Shown piece after piece: positions 10,940 to 23,380 of a DNA stretch of 64,000 nt. Each line of letters starts with the position of its first letter. Position 1 is the first letter of the stretch. A model generated the notes under the pieces. It worked only from the letters and a program-made list of their open reading frames with translations. It was not told the origin of the DNA and did not search any database. Source of the DNA: Octopus sinensis (Eukaryota); assembly GCF_006345805.1 (NCBI RefSeq), contig NC_043009.1:63984001-64048000 (forward strand). Direction: 5' to 3'. A program made the translations under genes and the position numbers.

Positions 10940-11430
10940 AATGGAAGGAAAGTTTTTCTGATGAGAACACAACAGAGAGGCCAGCTATCTGAATTGACAT
11001 CAAGTATGATAGATGAAGCAATTAAGGTTATGAAGACAAGGAAAGGTCCTCATTTATCAGAAATTACTGTTGATATGTTTAAAATGTCTGGTGGAGTGGA
11101 GCATAGCCAAGTCACATCATCATCATCGTCGTTTAGCGTCCACTTTCCATGCTAGCATGGGTTGGATGGTTCAATTGGGGCCTGGGAAACCAGAAGGCTG
11201 CACCAGGCCCAGTCTGATCTGGCAATGTTTCTATGGCTGGATGCCCTTCCTAATGCCAACCACTCCGTGAGTGTAGTGGGTGCTTTTTACATGCCACCGG
11301 CACAGGTGCCAGATGAGGCTGGCAAACGGCCACGGTCGGATGGTACTTCTTACGTGCTACAATATATTAATCAAGTTGTCTAGAAAGGTGTCTCACCCAA
11401 TGACTAGAGAGGCAACATTGTAGTTAACTG
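10940..11430 (+). mobile_element. RTE-like RT relic interrupted by a family B insertion (about 11116-11357, minus)
   Basis: Paralogous to 3180 and 21255, which lack the insertion at gcatagcctagtcac|. Confidence 0.75.
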
Positions 11431-11881
11431 TTGCCTGGGTGTCATAACCTACAGCCACATTGTATTATTTGCTTCTTTCTTATGAGTAGAATTGGCAAAC
11501 GAGGAGCATGAAGCAAAATACTCTTTCTTATAAATGTGTTTTTCAGCCATTTTGTGATGAACAATGCTGAAATTGTCACCAAAAACATGTAGAATAGCAG
11601 CTTAGATTAGAATAAAATCCTAAAAATGCCCTCCAAAATGAGCTAGATTTACAGATGTAAAGAATTGGATGATGAATGAGAACGTTGAGATATCCATTTT
11701 GCAGAAGGTAAGGACAGAACACACAACCAGGTCCAGGAGTCGAACTCACAGCTCCATTACTGACCAGCCCTGCGTATTCAGCACTGGTCAATCCATAGTT
11801 GTTAACTGAATAACCACGAAACTATGTGTAATTATAAATCCCTAAGTCAGCGTTTCCTAAACTTCAAAACGGAATGTGGTT

Positions 11882-12562
11882 CTACTTAAGAAGAGTGGTC
11901 CCAGTGCGCACATGCGTACTCGCGCATACGCGCCAGCTAGTCGTGACTAGTCGATCCTACAACGACTACCTAGCAAAGTAAATAAAACAAAATTAATAAT
12001 TTGGATGTTTTCGGTTTGAACGGCAGTTTTTTAAAATAATTTCCACGTAACTAAACACTTTTAAACTTCGTATACTGGTAGAATGTGTTTATAAAACATC
12101 TTTTTCTCGTGGCTTTATTGAGAAAATTCTATATTTGTTGTTTTTTTCCTTCAATTTCTGCAATTTCAACCAATCAATGACGTCTATTGAGGTAAAAAAA
12201 AAACATTCTGTGCCGTATGAATATGTCCCTCGTTTAAGAAACAGATTGGGTTTATTTACATTTGTGAAGAAAAAAATATACCCTTCCCCCACCACCCCTA
12301 ACTCTAACCCTAAAACAGATTGAAATGCAATAGATCGATACTAGGGTCATAATTATGGGTGATAATTTCATATGACAGCGCTAGAAAAAACTGCCGTTCA
12401 AACCGAAAAGATCCAATAATTTTTTTACACAAAGTAAATAATTTTTTAAAAACAAACTAAATAAAACACGAAAACACAAAGTTAGGATCGGATAGTCACG
12501 ACTTGCTAGCGCAGATGCACTAGTACGCGAGTGCGCGCACCGGGACCACTCTTTTGAAGTAG
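11882..12562. mobile_element. MITE with about 80-bp GC-rich imperfect TIRs
   Basis: ctacttaagaagagtggtcccagtgcgcac...cgatccta mirrored by taggatcg...gcgcaccgggaccactcttttgaagtag. Confidence 0.8.
12003..12414. mobile_element. MITE, Merlin-like (GG termini, 8-bp TSD)
   Basis: TIR ggatgttttcggtttgaacggcagttttt / aaaaactgccgttcaaaccgaaaagatcc; TSD aataattt at 11995-12002 and 12415-12422. Confidence 0.8.
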
Positions 12563-12941
12563 TACCCGAAATGTTGGGGTCGCGAAGTTCTGTTTATATG
12601 TTATTTCCGAAATCGCATTACATTTTATTTTGTCATTTAGCACCACATACCTATGTGAAAGGATTTTTTCAGCTTTAATCGTTCAAGGCTGAAAAAAGTA
12701 GAATTTGCTTTATGTCCTGCAGTGTCGAATGCTAAACCAAAGTTTAATTTGCTAGGCAACAAAAACAGGTACATGGGGGCACACTGATTTTTTTTACTTT
12801 GGCCTACTTTTGTACTCGAAACAAATTTAAAACTACTTTTATTTTGACAAATAATATAACTACTTTTTTTAAAAAAAATATGTATATTATTCAGCAAAAA
12901 AATAAATGATTTATGTATTTATTTCTATGTTTTATATTCAA

Positions 12942-13332
12942 CTAGCAGTATCGCCCGGCGTTGCTCGGATTTGTAAGGGAAATAACTATAAAGCATTTTT
13001 AGAGAGTTATAGCCAAAATATAGCAAAATAATGCATTAAAAATGGAAAAAAAATTATGGTAAATTTTTTTTAAATCGTTGACTCTTCGTAGACATTTTTA
13101 GAGAGTTACTTCCCTTATATAATAGCGAAAAAATGCATTAAAATGGAAAAAAATGATGGTAAATTATTTTTTAAATTGTAGACTCATCGTAGACGCGCGC
13201 TAATACCCAGGAGGGCTCGATATGAATCGATATGATAACCGGTTTTGGTTAAACTGCACCGCAAAATGTGGGAGTAGTTAGGAATCTAAATCGTAGGAGA
13301 CAGACACACAACTTGACTTTTATATATAAAGA
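12942..13332 (-). mobile_element. non-autonomous Helitron
   Basis: Minus strand A|TCTTTATATATAAAAG...CCGAGCAACGCCGGGCGATACTGCTAG|T; no TSD; copies at 28848 and 48541. Confidence 0.9.
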
Positions 13333-13514
13333 TATCCGCGAAAAATCTAGTGAGGGAATATGGGGTCATGAATGTAAAAAAGTTTACGAAGTGCTGCTCT
13401 AGAAATCTTTATTATAAGGCATAGGGCCTGAATAAGAAGCGCTGCTCTAAACGTTACCATATTTTTGGTTTTCTATTTATAATAATAAATGTTTTATTTT
13501 TCGGATTCTGTTAC

Positions 13515-13607
13515 TTCCGCCTGGCATCGACCAGAATCATTTCCGGCGAAGAACTTTGTCGCATGTTAATCGAATTTATCAAAGAAATTATAAAGGTAAA
13601 CGGAAAA
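13515..13607 (+). promoter_or_regulatory. putative non-coding exon 1 of g3; donor at 13608, acceptor AG 16022-16023
   Basis: Paralog of 5901-5995, aa|gtgagtattt. Confidence 0.7.
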
Positions 13608-14187
13608 GTGAGTATTTATAGTGTTTGAATCGATATAAAATATTTTCAAGACGGATCTTCGGAATAACCGTCGTTTCTCCTTGTGGAATGAAAAAGCAAA
13701 GAATTGGGAGGGTTTTTCTTTCCCCTCATGAATCTAATTTATTACGATTGTCCGCCAAAATTTCTATCAGAATCGTAATTTCCTTTGTATCAAACAACAG
13801 AAATACTACCAAAAAATAGGGTGGCTTTCGGAATTGCTCTCAGTAATAAAATGGCATTTATCTGATTTTTTTTCGTAATCTTTTTTTGGTATTTTCGCCG
13901 TTTTATAGAATCTCTCTTTGCAAATCAGATATCAATCACCTTGTACAAAAAAATAAGTAAAAAGAAAAGAATTCAGTATCTTTGCTTTTTCGAAATGTCT
14001 CAGTCTCTCTCTGTTCCTCTAAGTCACGCCTTCGGAAAAGCTGCCACGATTCACATGAGTTTTATTTCTTTGCAGTTCTTCGTCTGTTCTGAAATATTTA
14101 CAATTCACATTAGAAATAAAATAAAATAAAATAACAAAAACTACCAACTTCACACCCACACTTCATCGCGCCTTTCACGATCTATAT

Positions 14188-14545
14188 CTTTTACCTGTTT
14201 CTGTCATTAGACTGCGGCCAGGTTGGGGCATCGCCTCTCAAAGGTTCAGACGAACAAATCGATCCTAGTACTTATTTTTTAAAGTCAGGTACTTACTATG
14301 TCGGTTACTATTTGCCTAAACGCTATGTTACGGTGACGTAAACAAACCGACTTCAGTTGTCAAGCGATGGTGGAGAGGACACACACACGCCCGGCTTCTT
14401 TCAGTTTCCGTCTATCGAATCCTTTCGTAAAGCATTTGTCGGCTCTGGATCATAGTAGAAGACACCTGTCCAAGGTGCCATGGACTGAACCCAGAAGCAT
14501 GCGATTGGGAAGCGAACTTCTTACCTCACAGCCACACCTGCGCCT
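14188..14545 (-). mobile_element. diverged SINE family A
   Basis: Colinear with 5189-5598 but more diverged. Confidence 0.8.
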
Positions 14546-16355
14546 GTAGGTGATTTTTTTTTCATCATGCTTCTGTATTTCTCATTTTGAAAGACTTGTT
14601 ATATACTTGCCATTTCTCTTTTTTTCAAAAAATACGTTTTTTAAAATTCTTCGCCCTTCATCCTGAAATTACCATTCCATTCCTGAAAAAATTGTTTAAA
14701 ATTCCATTTTTAACAGTTTGTTCCCACCTCTTGTTTTTTTTTATTTTTTCGCTTTTTTTGCCTTTCTGTAGAATACTTTTCCCTTTTCTTTGCAAGATTA
14801 CAAGTAAATATAACAAAGATGCCATGCCTACTACATGTTTATTGATTATTTTTCATCCCCAACTGACATCTTTTTCACACTTCTGCTGTTGTTAAAAAAT
14901 TTCTTGCTTGTATAACATGGTAAACAAAAAGGGAAAGAAAGAAGAAGCAAGAATTTACTAAGACAACTTAATGCATCAGTTTGATTTTCAACATCAACAG
15001 GCGAACTTTTCTGACTGTTTTTCCCTGAAGCATCCTCCAGAAAATGAAGAAATATGAGTTTTAGTGACGGAAAATTCTGCTGCACCGAAACATGTTTTCT
15101 CAGAGAGTGCTATTTGCAAGATATTTTATCCAAGACTTACAAAATTGGATGTGTGAAGAATATGATTGGAATTCTGAAAGTAGTATCTACAAAATGATAA
15201 TTTCAGTTGTTCAAAAAGTAGAAAAGAATATTTGCAACTGAAGAAAAGTATGATATCATTGTTGTCCACATGGCTGCTGAATGTCTTTCAGCATCCAAAA
15301 GTTGTTCCTTGTCCTGGAAAGTTGAGATCATGGAATGAGACAACTGGAGATTGCATGTGATAGTATGAACAGTTCCCTCTTATTGGTTTATTACTGGTAG
15401 TCCTAGCTTCTAGTGGTCATAAGTCAAGGATAATCTTATGTATATGCACAATTTAATATGTGCCGTAATGTAATATGGATGTACATTGTGCATTCCTGCG
15501 AGCCATAAGGGACAAAAGGGTTTGTATCAGGAAAATCATGGAGCCTCAAAATTTTGACAGCATGGAAAAGCTGACATAAAAATGATGGTATATCAACTTC
15601 TCTAGTATATTGTGCTTTTGTTTTTCTTTCTTACGTCTTAATGTCCAGGGGGTCAGACAGAATTGAGGCAGATTTTGTATTGTCTGCAACCTTCACTTGT
15701 TTCCAAGTAAAGTAATACTGTCCCTTTACTAGTCATGTTCACTAGAGTCTGAAAACAAATGACACTTCTTGCATAACCGAGATTCTTGCTTCCAACCATC
15801 GGACAACATGAAGGCAAGCAGACAGTTATCTTTTGAGGATATGATGTATTGTTAAAATATATTTCTCTGCTCTGTTACATATGTAAAGTTATAGAGATAC
15901 ACTGGAGGAATTCAGTTGGTCTGATCAAGGTTCACTACTACAATTTATAAATATAGTAATGAAATTAAATTTATGCTGTTTATGCATTCTTGAAATCTTA
16001 TACTGTTTTCCTTATTATTTCAGAATCAGAGATGAAGCTGGCATAAACATTTTTGTTTTTTATACAAGAGAAACATCATCAATATTTATCATCTTTTAAG
16101 GACAAATGATGTTTTGCTGAACAAATATAACTATTTTCACATAAATTTAATGAATTACATTGAATGATTTGTGTAGGCCGTTCGCTTGAATGAATATAAT
16201 ACAATTCTGCATTTTAAATATATTCACATTCAGATGATAGAGACAGCAGAAGGAATATTTGTTAGAAATAAATTACAGAAAGGAAAGCAGCAGACATATG
16301 TATTGTGGTGAGAGAAGGAAAATTATTATTCAGTGAGTTAAGCAACTGTTTCAAG

Positions 16356-17549
16356 ATGGCAAAAAGCTTGTCAAAGTCTTCATATGAATGTGATATCTGT
16401 AAAAAGTCATTCACTTCAAGAGGTAATCTAACTACTCATGTACGCATTCATACAGGAGAGAAACCATATCACTGTGATATCTGTGGTAAAAGGTTCTCGA
16501 GAAAAGATGAATTAACTATTCATAGACGTGTTCATACAGGAGAGAAACCATATCAGTGTGATATCTGTGGCCAATCATTCACTCGTAAAGATATTTTAAC
16601 CACACACAGACGCATTCACACAGGAGAGAAACCTTATCAGTGTGATATGTGTAGTAAATCATTTTCTAAAAGTACCAACTTGACCGATCACAAACGCATT
16701 CATACTGGAGAAAAACCATATCATTGTGATTTCTGTGGTAAGTCGTTCAATCAAAATAACCAGTTAATTAAGCACAAACGTATTCACACAGGAGAAAAGC
16801 CCTATCACTGTGATATCTGTGAGAAATCATTTGCTCGAAATGACGAACTAACTACACACAAACACATTCATACAGGAGAGAAACCTTATAGGTGTGATAT
16901 CTGTGGTAAATCATTCCCTCAGAATAGTGCCTTGACAGGACACAAACGTATTCATACAGGAGAAAAACCATTCCCTTGTGATATCTGTGGTAAAGCATTT
17001 GTTCAAAGTAGTGATTTAAAAGGACACAAACGAATTCATACAGGAGAAAAACCATATCATTGCGATATCTGTGGTAAAGCATTTTCTCAAAGTCCTGCTG
17101 TAACTGTACACAAACGCATTCATACAAGAGAAAAGCCATATCACTGTGATATCTGTGGTAAATCATTCCCTCGAAGTAATTCTTTGACTGATCATAAACG
17201 TATTCACACAGGAGAAAAACCATATCATTGTGATATTTGTGGTAAATCATTTATTCGGAGTAACGATTTAAAGGGACATAAACGTATTCACACTGGTGAA
17301 AAACCGTATCATTGCGATATCTGTGGTAAATCATTCTCTCAACGTACTGCTGTGATTGTACATAAACGTGTTCATACCAGAGAGAAGCCATATCATTGTG
17401 ATATCTGTGGTAAATCATTCTCTTACAGTAACCTATTAACTAAGCACAAATGTATTCATATGGGGGAAAAGTTATATCCATGTAATATCTGTGGTAATTC
17501 ATTCTCTCAACAGGATGATTTAGCTAAACATGTCTGTATTCTTTCATGA
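16356..17549 (+). CDS. C2H2 zinc-finger gene g3, 397 aa, 13 C2H2 fingers plus terminal C2HC-type finger
   Basis: Intact ORF from MAKSLSKSS to AKHVCILS. Confidence 0.95.
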   Translation: MAKSLSKSSYECDICKKSFTSRGNLTTHVRIHTGEKPYHCDICGKRFSRKDELTIHRRVHTGEKPYQCDICGQSFTRKDILTTHRRIHTGEKPYQCDMCSKSFSKSTNLTDHKRIHTGEKPYHCDFCGKSFNQNNQLIKHKRIHTGEKPYHCDICEKSFARNDELTTHKHIHTGEKPYRCDICGKSFPQNSALTGHKRIHTGEKPFPCDICGKAFVQSSDLKGHKRIHTGEKPYHCDICGKAFSQSPAVTVHKRIHTREKPYHCDICGKSFPRSNSLTDHKRIHTGEKPYHCDICGKSFIRSNDLKGHKRIHTGEKPYHCDICGKSFSQRTAVIVHKRVHTREKPYHCDICGKSFSYSNLLTKHKCIHMGEKLYPCNICGNSFSQQDDLAKHVCILS

Positions 17550-18098
17550 GAGAAAGACTGAAAAATCTCTTAAATGTCTGTATTCATACCCATGTAGGAA
17601 ACTAAATAAGAAGGAACAAACAAATCATAACATATAGTATTTCATCATACTAAAATAGTATAGAAGTGTGTCATGTACTTCTGGTTTGTGGGTACACTTT
17701 TTCTGTAAGTTATGTATATTCCTTCAGGCATATTATGTTGATTCTTGTTTTATCATTATTGTATTTTATCTAGAAGCTGTTGTTGGTAATATTTATAATT
17801 TTATCTTCAACATGGTTCCTTCATGAGTTTATGATGAAAATTAATGTTAATTTTTCATTGTGATATTAAACTTTACATAAAAACAGATTGGTGGAGAAAT
17901 TTCAGGAATTATCATCATCAATGTTTTTTCTATATCCATTGTCCATGCTGGAATGTATTGGACCACATCATCATCATCATCACTGTTGAATGATGATGAC
18001 AATGATTGTCATCTCAAGCGTTTTGTCATTTCAAGTGTAAATTCCAAGAGTTCTGACTGCAACAGTCTCTTTGTATTTTTATAATAATCTAAACTCTA

Positions 18099-18104
18099 AA
18101 TAAA
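18099..18104 (+). terminator. putative poly(A) signal of g3
   Basis: AATAAA in the conserved 3' block. Confidence 0.6.
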
Positions 18105-18775
18105 ACTGGTTTACTCTGAAATTATTCTTTCTCTATTTTTTAATAACCAAATCTTGTTTGCACATTTTCTAAACTGATTTTCACTGATTGTTTGCTTTAA
18201 AGCTATTTAATTCATTGACACTATTTGTTTGAAGATCTGATCTGATGTTATGAGGAAGTGAATGAGATATAAATAACAGGATGATATTGCAGATGAAATG
18301 TAAAGATAATTCTCATTTAAAATATTGTAATATAGAAACTTACATGTATGTTTGCTAATTGTATCAAGAACAGACATGATAATAAGAAACCTCTATTTGA
18401 GTCATTGCAATATTCAGAAGCAGAATAACTGAATTGCTGGAAATCTTATTTCTTCTTTTGGGGAATGATGTTAAAACATCAAAACATTGATGTATTGGAC
18501 AGAAAACATTTCTCATTCACTCACAATAAAAGCCTTTTTTAATATGAGTGCAGATTCTAATATTTAAGCTGTAAACAAAGAACCTGGATTTCATTATTTA
18601 ACCATATTAGAAAAAAAAAAAAGGAATATATTCTATGTGAGTATAGTTTATATGATTCACTCTAAAATATTCAAGAAGGTCAGATGTTTCTTTTAAACTT
18701 GCTTGTTGTTAGCAATGGAGTTGGTGGAGACGAGAAAAGCATTATTTAAAGACATTTCAGTTTACTGTATTTTAA

Positions 18776-19069
18776 TCCTCAGAACTCCAGTGGCCACTAT
18801 TTTGGCAGCCAGCCACATGTACATATGCACCCGTGGCCACTTTACTGGCTGCCATGTTGTACTGTTTACAAACACCCCACCAGCTGCAAATTCATATACA
18901 AATTCTGGCTGCCAGCTGCAGATACGAATACCCCAGCGGCTGCTTTACTGGCCAGGATTTTCTGCTTTGGAAAACTAGATTGTAACTGCTGGTTCGACTG
19001 GCACCACAAGCCAGTCAAACCTGGGGTGAGGGTGCCGAGGACAATGAGTATCTGGGGGGGTTCAAAGGG
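18776..19069. mobile_element. old MITE, possibly piggyBac-like
   Basis: ttaa|tcctcagaac ... gttcaaaggg|ttta; internal ctggc/gccag subrepeats; absent from paralogous flanks near 48300 and 57670. Confidence 0.4.
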
Positions 19070-19859
19070 TTTACAACAATGGACTTGATTTGCATTTTCA
19101 ATAGAGTAAAATTACAAATATTTGAGAAATAAGATGGTAGAGTGTAGCAAGCATATATTAACCACACTGTATTACTGCTATTTATTAACCTCTATTAAAT
19201 AAAATCACTGGTTGAACTTACCATGAAACAAACAGTGTGTAATACAGAAATCCACAACACTGCACCTCCTTTCAATTTGCTATTCTCCTAATTGCTACAA
19301 TCTGTTCTTGTTATATTCATTATCATCATCCTCATTGATTAACATTTTCCAGGCTGGACAATTTGGCTGAATCTGGCAAGCCATCTCAAGTTCCAATGAC
19401 AGTTTAGCATGGTTTCTGTAGCTGGATGGCCTTCCTAAAGCTGACCCCTTTACAGAGTGGTCAGCTTTAGGAAGGGTGCTTCCTTTGTGTCACTGGCACT
19501 GTTCAGCTTGCAGGGTACCTTGAGAGACAGAAAAAGAACTGGGAAGGAGGAAAAGAAAAAAAATCTCATATAACTAAATGGGGAGTATTTGAGAGGGAAA
19601 GGAAGTTGAGAGGGGATGTGACATGTGCAACATTTGCTCTCAGGTGATTACAGCAATCGAGTAGTACCATAAATGGTGAAGTGATAATTGAAGGAAATAT
19701 CTGATGTGTCAGAGCAAAAGAGATGCAGGGCACATTCCAGTATAACTGACTTCTGGTTATCACTTTTGCTGCAATAGATGGGTCTACTCAAGCATAGCAA
19801 ATTGCCAGTTGTCTCAGTCCTTTGTCATCACCTTTTTAAGCAATTAGTACTTCGTTATA

Positions 19860-20290
19860 TGGCTTTTCTTATCCAGACACATCACATCACCAAACCAGTG
19901 AGGTCTTCTTTCCTGCACACTACATCTCATTCTTCTAATGCCTAATGTTTCTCTCAGCACATGAACACTTTTTCATACTTGCACAGTGACTTTACACAGT
20001 AAAACATACAAGCTTCAATCCTCTCTAGTCATTGCATGTGCACTTCTGTCAGAGCCATTGTCTTACTATCATGTTGCATTGCTATTCATACACAAGCATC
20101 ATATGATCAGCCTTCACTCAGAAAGAGGGATCTCTTGTTGCTGATGGAGGTAAAAGCTCTGAACTTTTTCATTCCTATTCTTATTCTAACAACTACACTT
20201 TCAGGACATCCTCCTCCACTGCTAAATAATTCTCCACATTTAATAACCTTTCATAGTAGCACTTTCACACTTCTTTCCAGAGTCACTTAG
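19860..20290 (-). mobile_element. RTE-like LINE ORF2 C-terminal relic
   Basis: Minus strand GGGCPESVVVRIRIG.KKFR...YDACV...LERIEA. Confidence 0.65.
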
Positions 20291-20961
20291 TGCTCACATA
20301 CCCTTTTCCACTCATACACATTTCTATCCTCAATACACTGTCTAGCAATCTGGAACACTTCTAGTCTCTGACCCTCTGAGCATCCCTAGACCCTCAAACA
20401 CATCAGCAATCTTCATAATTTCTGCTTCTGCTCTTACTAGGTAAAACCTGTCACCAAGTTGCCGTTTAACTACCTCATTTGGTTCTTTGCTATCTCTATT
20501 TTCCTACTCTTTCCAAATCTATCTCCTCTTTTCATGGCCCTGTCTACCTCACTGTTCCACCATCGTGTCACCCTTAGTCTGGCAGAAGCTCTGCTCCACT
20601 CTCAGATTTGGTCGGTCACCCTCAGAATGTTGTAATGATGATAAACCTTCTTGCTACTGGTGCAAGGCCTGATATTCTGGGGAAGGGGTTTAGTTGAATG
20701 CATCAATCCCAGTACTTGACTGATACTTAATTTATAGACACTGAAAGGATGAAAGGTAAAGTCAACCTAGGTTGTATTTAAACTCAGACGTGTGACATGT
20801 AAAAGGCGCCCAATACACTCTGTGGAATGGTTGGCATCAGGAAGAGCACCCAGCCATAGAAACCAAACTGAAACAGATTGAAGACAGCTCCCTGGCTTAC
20901 TACCTCATGGCAAACTGTCTAATCCATGCCAGCATGGAAAACGGACGTTAAATGATGATGA

Positions 20962-21014
<53 letters not shown>

Positions 21015-21201
21015 ATACACACACACACACACATATATATATACTACAAAATGGGACAAGAACGCAAAACATCCAGACAACTAGGTAATACAAAAAGGGA
21101 CAACAAAACATCCAGATAGATGATGCAAAAAAAAAAACAAGGACAGGTCATTCGAAGCTTTCTATCCTCAGTCAAGAACCGGATCATCCTCGGCTGATTA
21201 A

Positions 21202-21246
<45 letters not shown>

Positions 21247-21254
21247 GATATATG

Positions 21255-23380
21255 AATGGAAGGAAAGTTTTTCTGATGAGAACACAACAGAGAGGCCAAC
21301 TATCTGAATTGACATCAAGTATGATAGATAAAGCAATTAAGGTTATGAAGACAAGGAAAGGTCCTCATCCATCAGAAATTACTGTTGATGTGTTTAAAAT
21401 GTCTGGCAGAGTGGAGCATAGCCTAGTCACTAATATATTGACCAAGTTGTCTAGAAAGGTGTCACACCCAATGACTAGAGAGGCAGCATTGTAGTCAACT
21501 GTTAAAAAGATGAAGATGCCTTTGTCAAAAGTAATTACAGAGGTATCAAATTGCTGTAGGAAGCAACAAAAATTACCAAAAGGGTTTATAGCTCAACTAA
21601 TTATGAAGGGAGTTAACCTAGATGAGATGCAGTTTGGTTTTGAGCCAGGGAGAAGCATTACTGATGCCTTCTTTTAGTAAGGCAACTGCTGGAGAGGCAT
21701 TTGGCCAAAAATAAACCACCAAACTAGGTACTTATTGATATGGAGAAAGCCTTTGACTGGATCCCTTACTCTCTCATTTAATGGATGCTGCAGAATCTAA
21801 GAGAAATGAATGGCTGGTAAGAGCCATCCAACCATACTATATTCATTGCCATTCTCATTGCTGACTTTCACCTTACAAACAGGGGTATTGTTAGTAAGGT
21901 GAACGTTAGCAATGAATCTAGTGTGCAGGTAGGAGTCCACTATGGCTTGGTTCTCTGCCCTTTCTTATTTATCATAGTTCTCCAGACAACAACAGAGGAG
22001 TTTAAGACTCATTGCCCATGGAATCTCGTCTATGCTGATGATCTTGTTCATATAACTATATCTACGCTAAAATTACGGAAGAAATTTCAGGCATGGAAGT
22101 AACACCTGTAATCAAAGGGCCATACAGTTAACTGAGCAAAGCCCAAAGTTCTAGTAAGTAGGGAAGCAGACAAATTACTAATTCCTTCAGGGAAATGGCC
22201 TTGCTGAAAATGTAGAAAATGGTGCAGGTAGAAATTCCATACAGTAATGCTCAGTGTAAGCTATAGTCACAAAAGATGCAGTGGAATCGCAGGAAGGTTA
22301 ACAGAGGAAAGTAGTCTTTGTGTTTGTTAGATGTGCAGGAACTGTAAACACTAAGAAAACATAGGAAATAGATTTCTTCAAATGTTCAATCCTTACAGGT
22401 AGTAGAGAGTTTTTGTTACCCAGGTGACTGAATTAGCACTGGTAGAGGTTGCTCTGAAAGTGTAGTTGCTAAAATATGGACTGAGTGGGAAACTTGTTGA
22501 GAGCTATTACTTCTGTTCATAACAAATGACAGCTATGTGATATTGTAGTGAAACGTGGGCTGGGGATGTAAAGGCTTGAAAGAAATGTAACTCGTATGCT
22601 CTGCTGGATGTGCAATGCCAATGTGCATATGTAACAAAGTATAAATGTATTGAGAGAAAAATAGTGCATAAGAGACATCAGATGCGGTGTGCAAGAGAGA
22701 ATACTGCACTCTTATGGCCATGTAATGTATATGGATGAGGACAGCTGCGTAAAGAAATGCTGCCCACTAAGTGTGAATGGAAACTGTGGGAGAGGAAGAC
22801 CCAAGGCGACACGGGACAAAAAGGTGAAAATTGACTTTCAGATGATGAAGGACCAAAATGATTTATGATTTGCCATGCTTGGAAAGATCTATACATCTAA
22901 GTAAAATCGAGGCCCTAAATGCATGTCATTTGTCTATGCTCTTGTGCACCATCTGTCCCAGACAGATCTCTCCCTAATGCCCCGTGTTTCCACCTGTCTT
23001 CACTCTGCCCACCCATCCTATCCAATCCACTGCACCCCTTACATACACCGCCTTCAAACTTGAGCTTACGCCCTAACACATCTTCACCATCTAATCTCTG
23101 TTTTCCCAACTGGGACAGCTCTGAATTTCCTCTGTCAAGAGAAAACCTGTTTCCATCCGTCTCTCATGTCCTCAGTACCACTCTCACCTCAGTTGAAGTT
23201 TCTTGTCTTGCAAGTTACTTGCTGAATTTTCTGGTGCCATATAAAATGGTTGGTCTTAGGAAGGGCCTCTAGCCATAGAAACCATGCCATAGCAGACAGA
23301 AGAGCTTGGCACAGTCTTCCATCTTGCCAACTCTTTTCAACCCATCCAACTCATGCCAGCATGGAAAATGAATGATGATC
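21255..23380 (+). mobile_element. 5'-truncated decayed RTE-like LINE (RT, Cys-rich region, 3' UTR)
   Basis: EMQFGF.PGRSITDA, DMEKAFD, GVHYG.VLCPFLF, PWNLVYADDL, GKWPC; ends catgccagcatggaaaatgaatgatgat. Confidence 0.85.

Larger units (their letters stand above)
11848..13396. mobile_element. old hAT/Charlie-like non-autonomous element hosting nested insertions
   Basis: Imperfect TIRs cagcgtttcctaaactt / aagtttacgaagtgctg; TSD decayed. Confidence 0.5.

Noticed and set aside
12295-12315. Telomere-like ctaaccct
   Set aside because: Only 1-2 units inside a MITE; not a telomeric array
16852-17250. Repetitive antisense ORFs ([14 protein letters not shown]...; also 110-304, 25450-25776, 34491-34889)
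   Set aside because: Shadow frames of the 84-bp zinc-finger repeat on the opposite strand
16383-17540. Regular 84-bp periodicity resembling a CRISPR-like or satellite array
   Set aside because: Explained by TGEKP linker codons; eukaryotic coding repeat, no cas genes
21140-21185. Possible hammerhead ribozyme (minus strand CTGAGGA...CGAAT)
   Set aside because: GAAA core is GAAT and I could not build stems I-III
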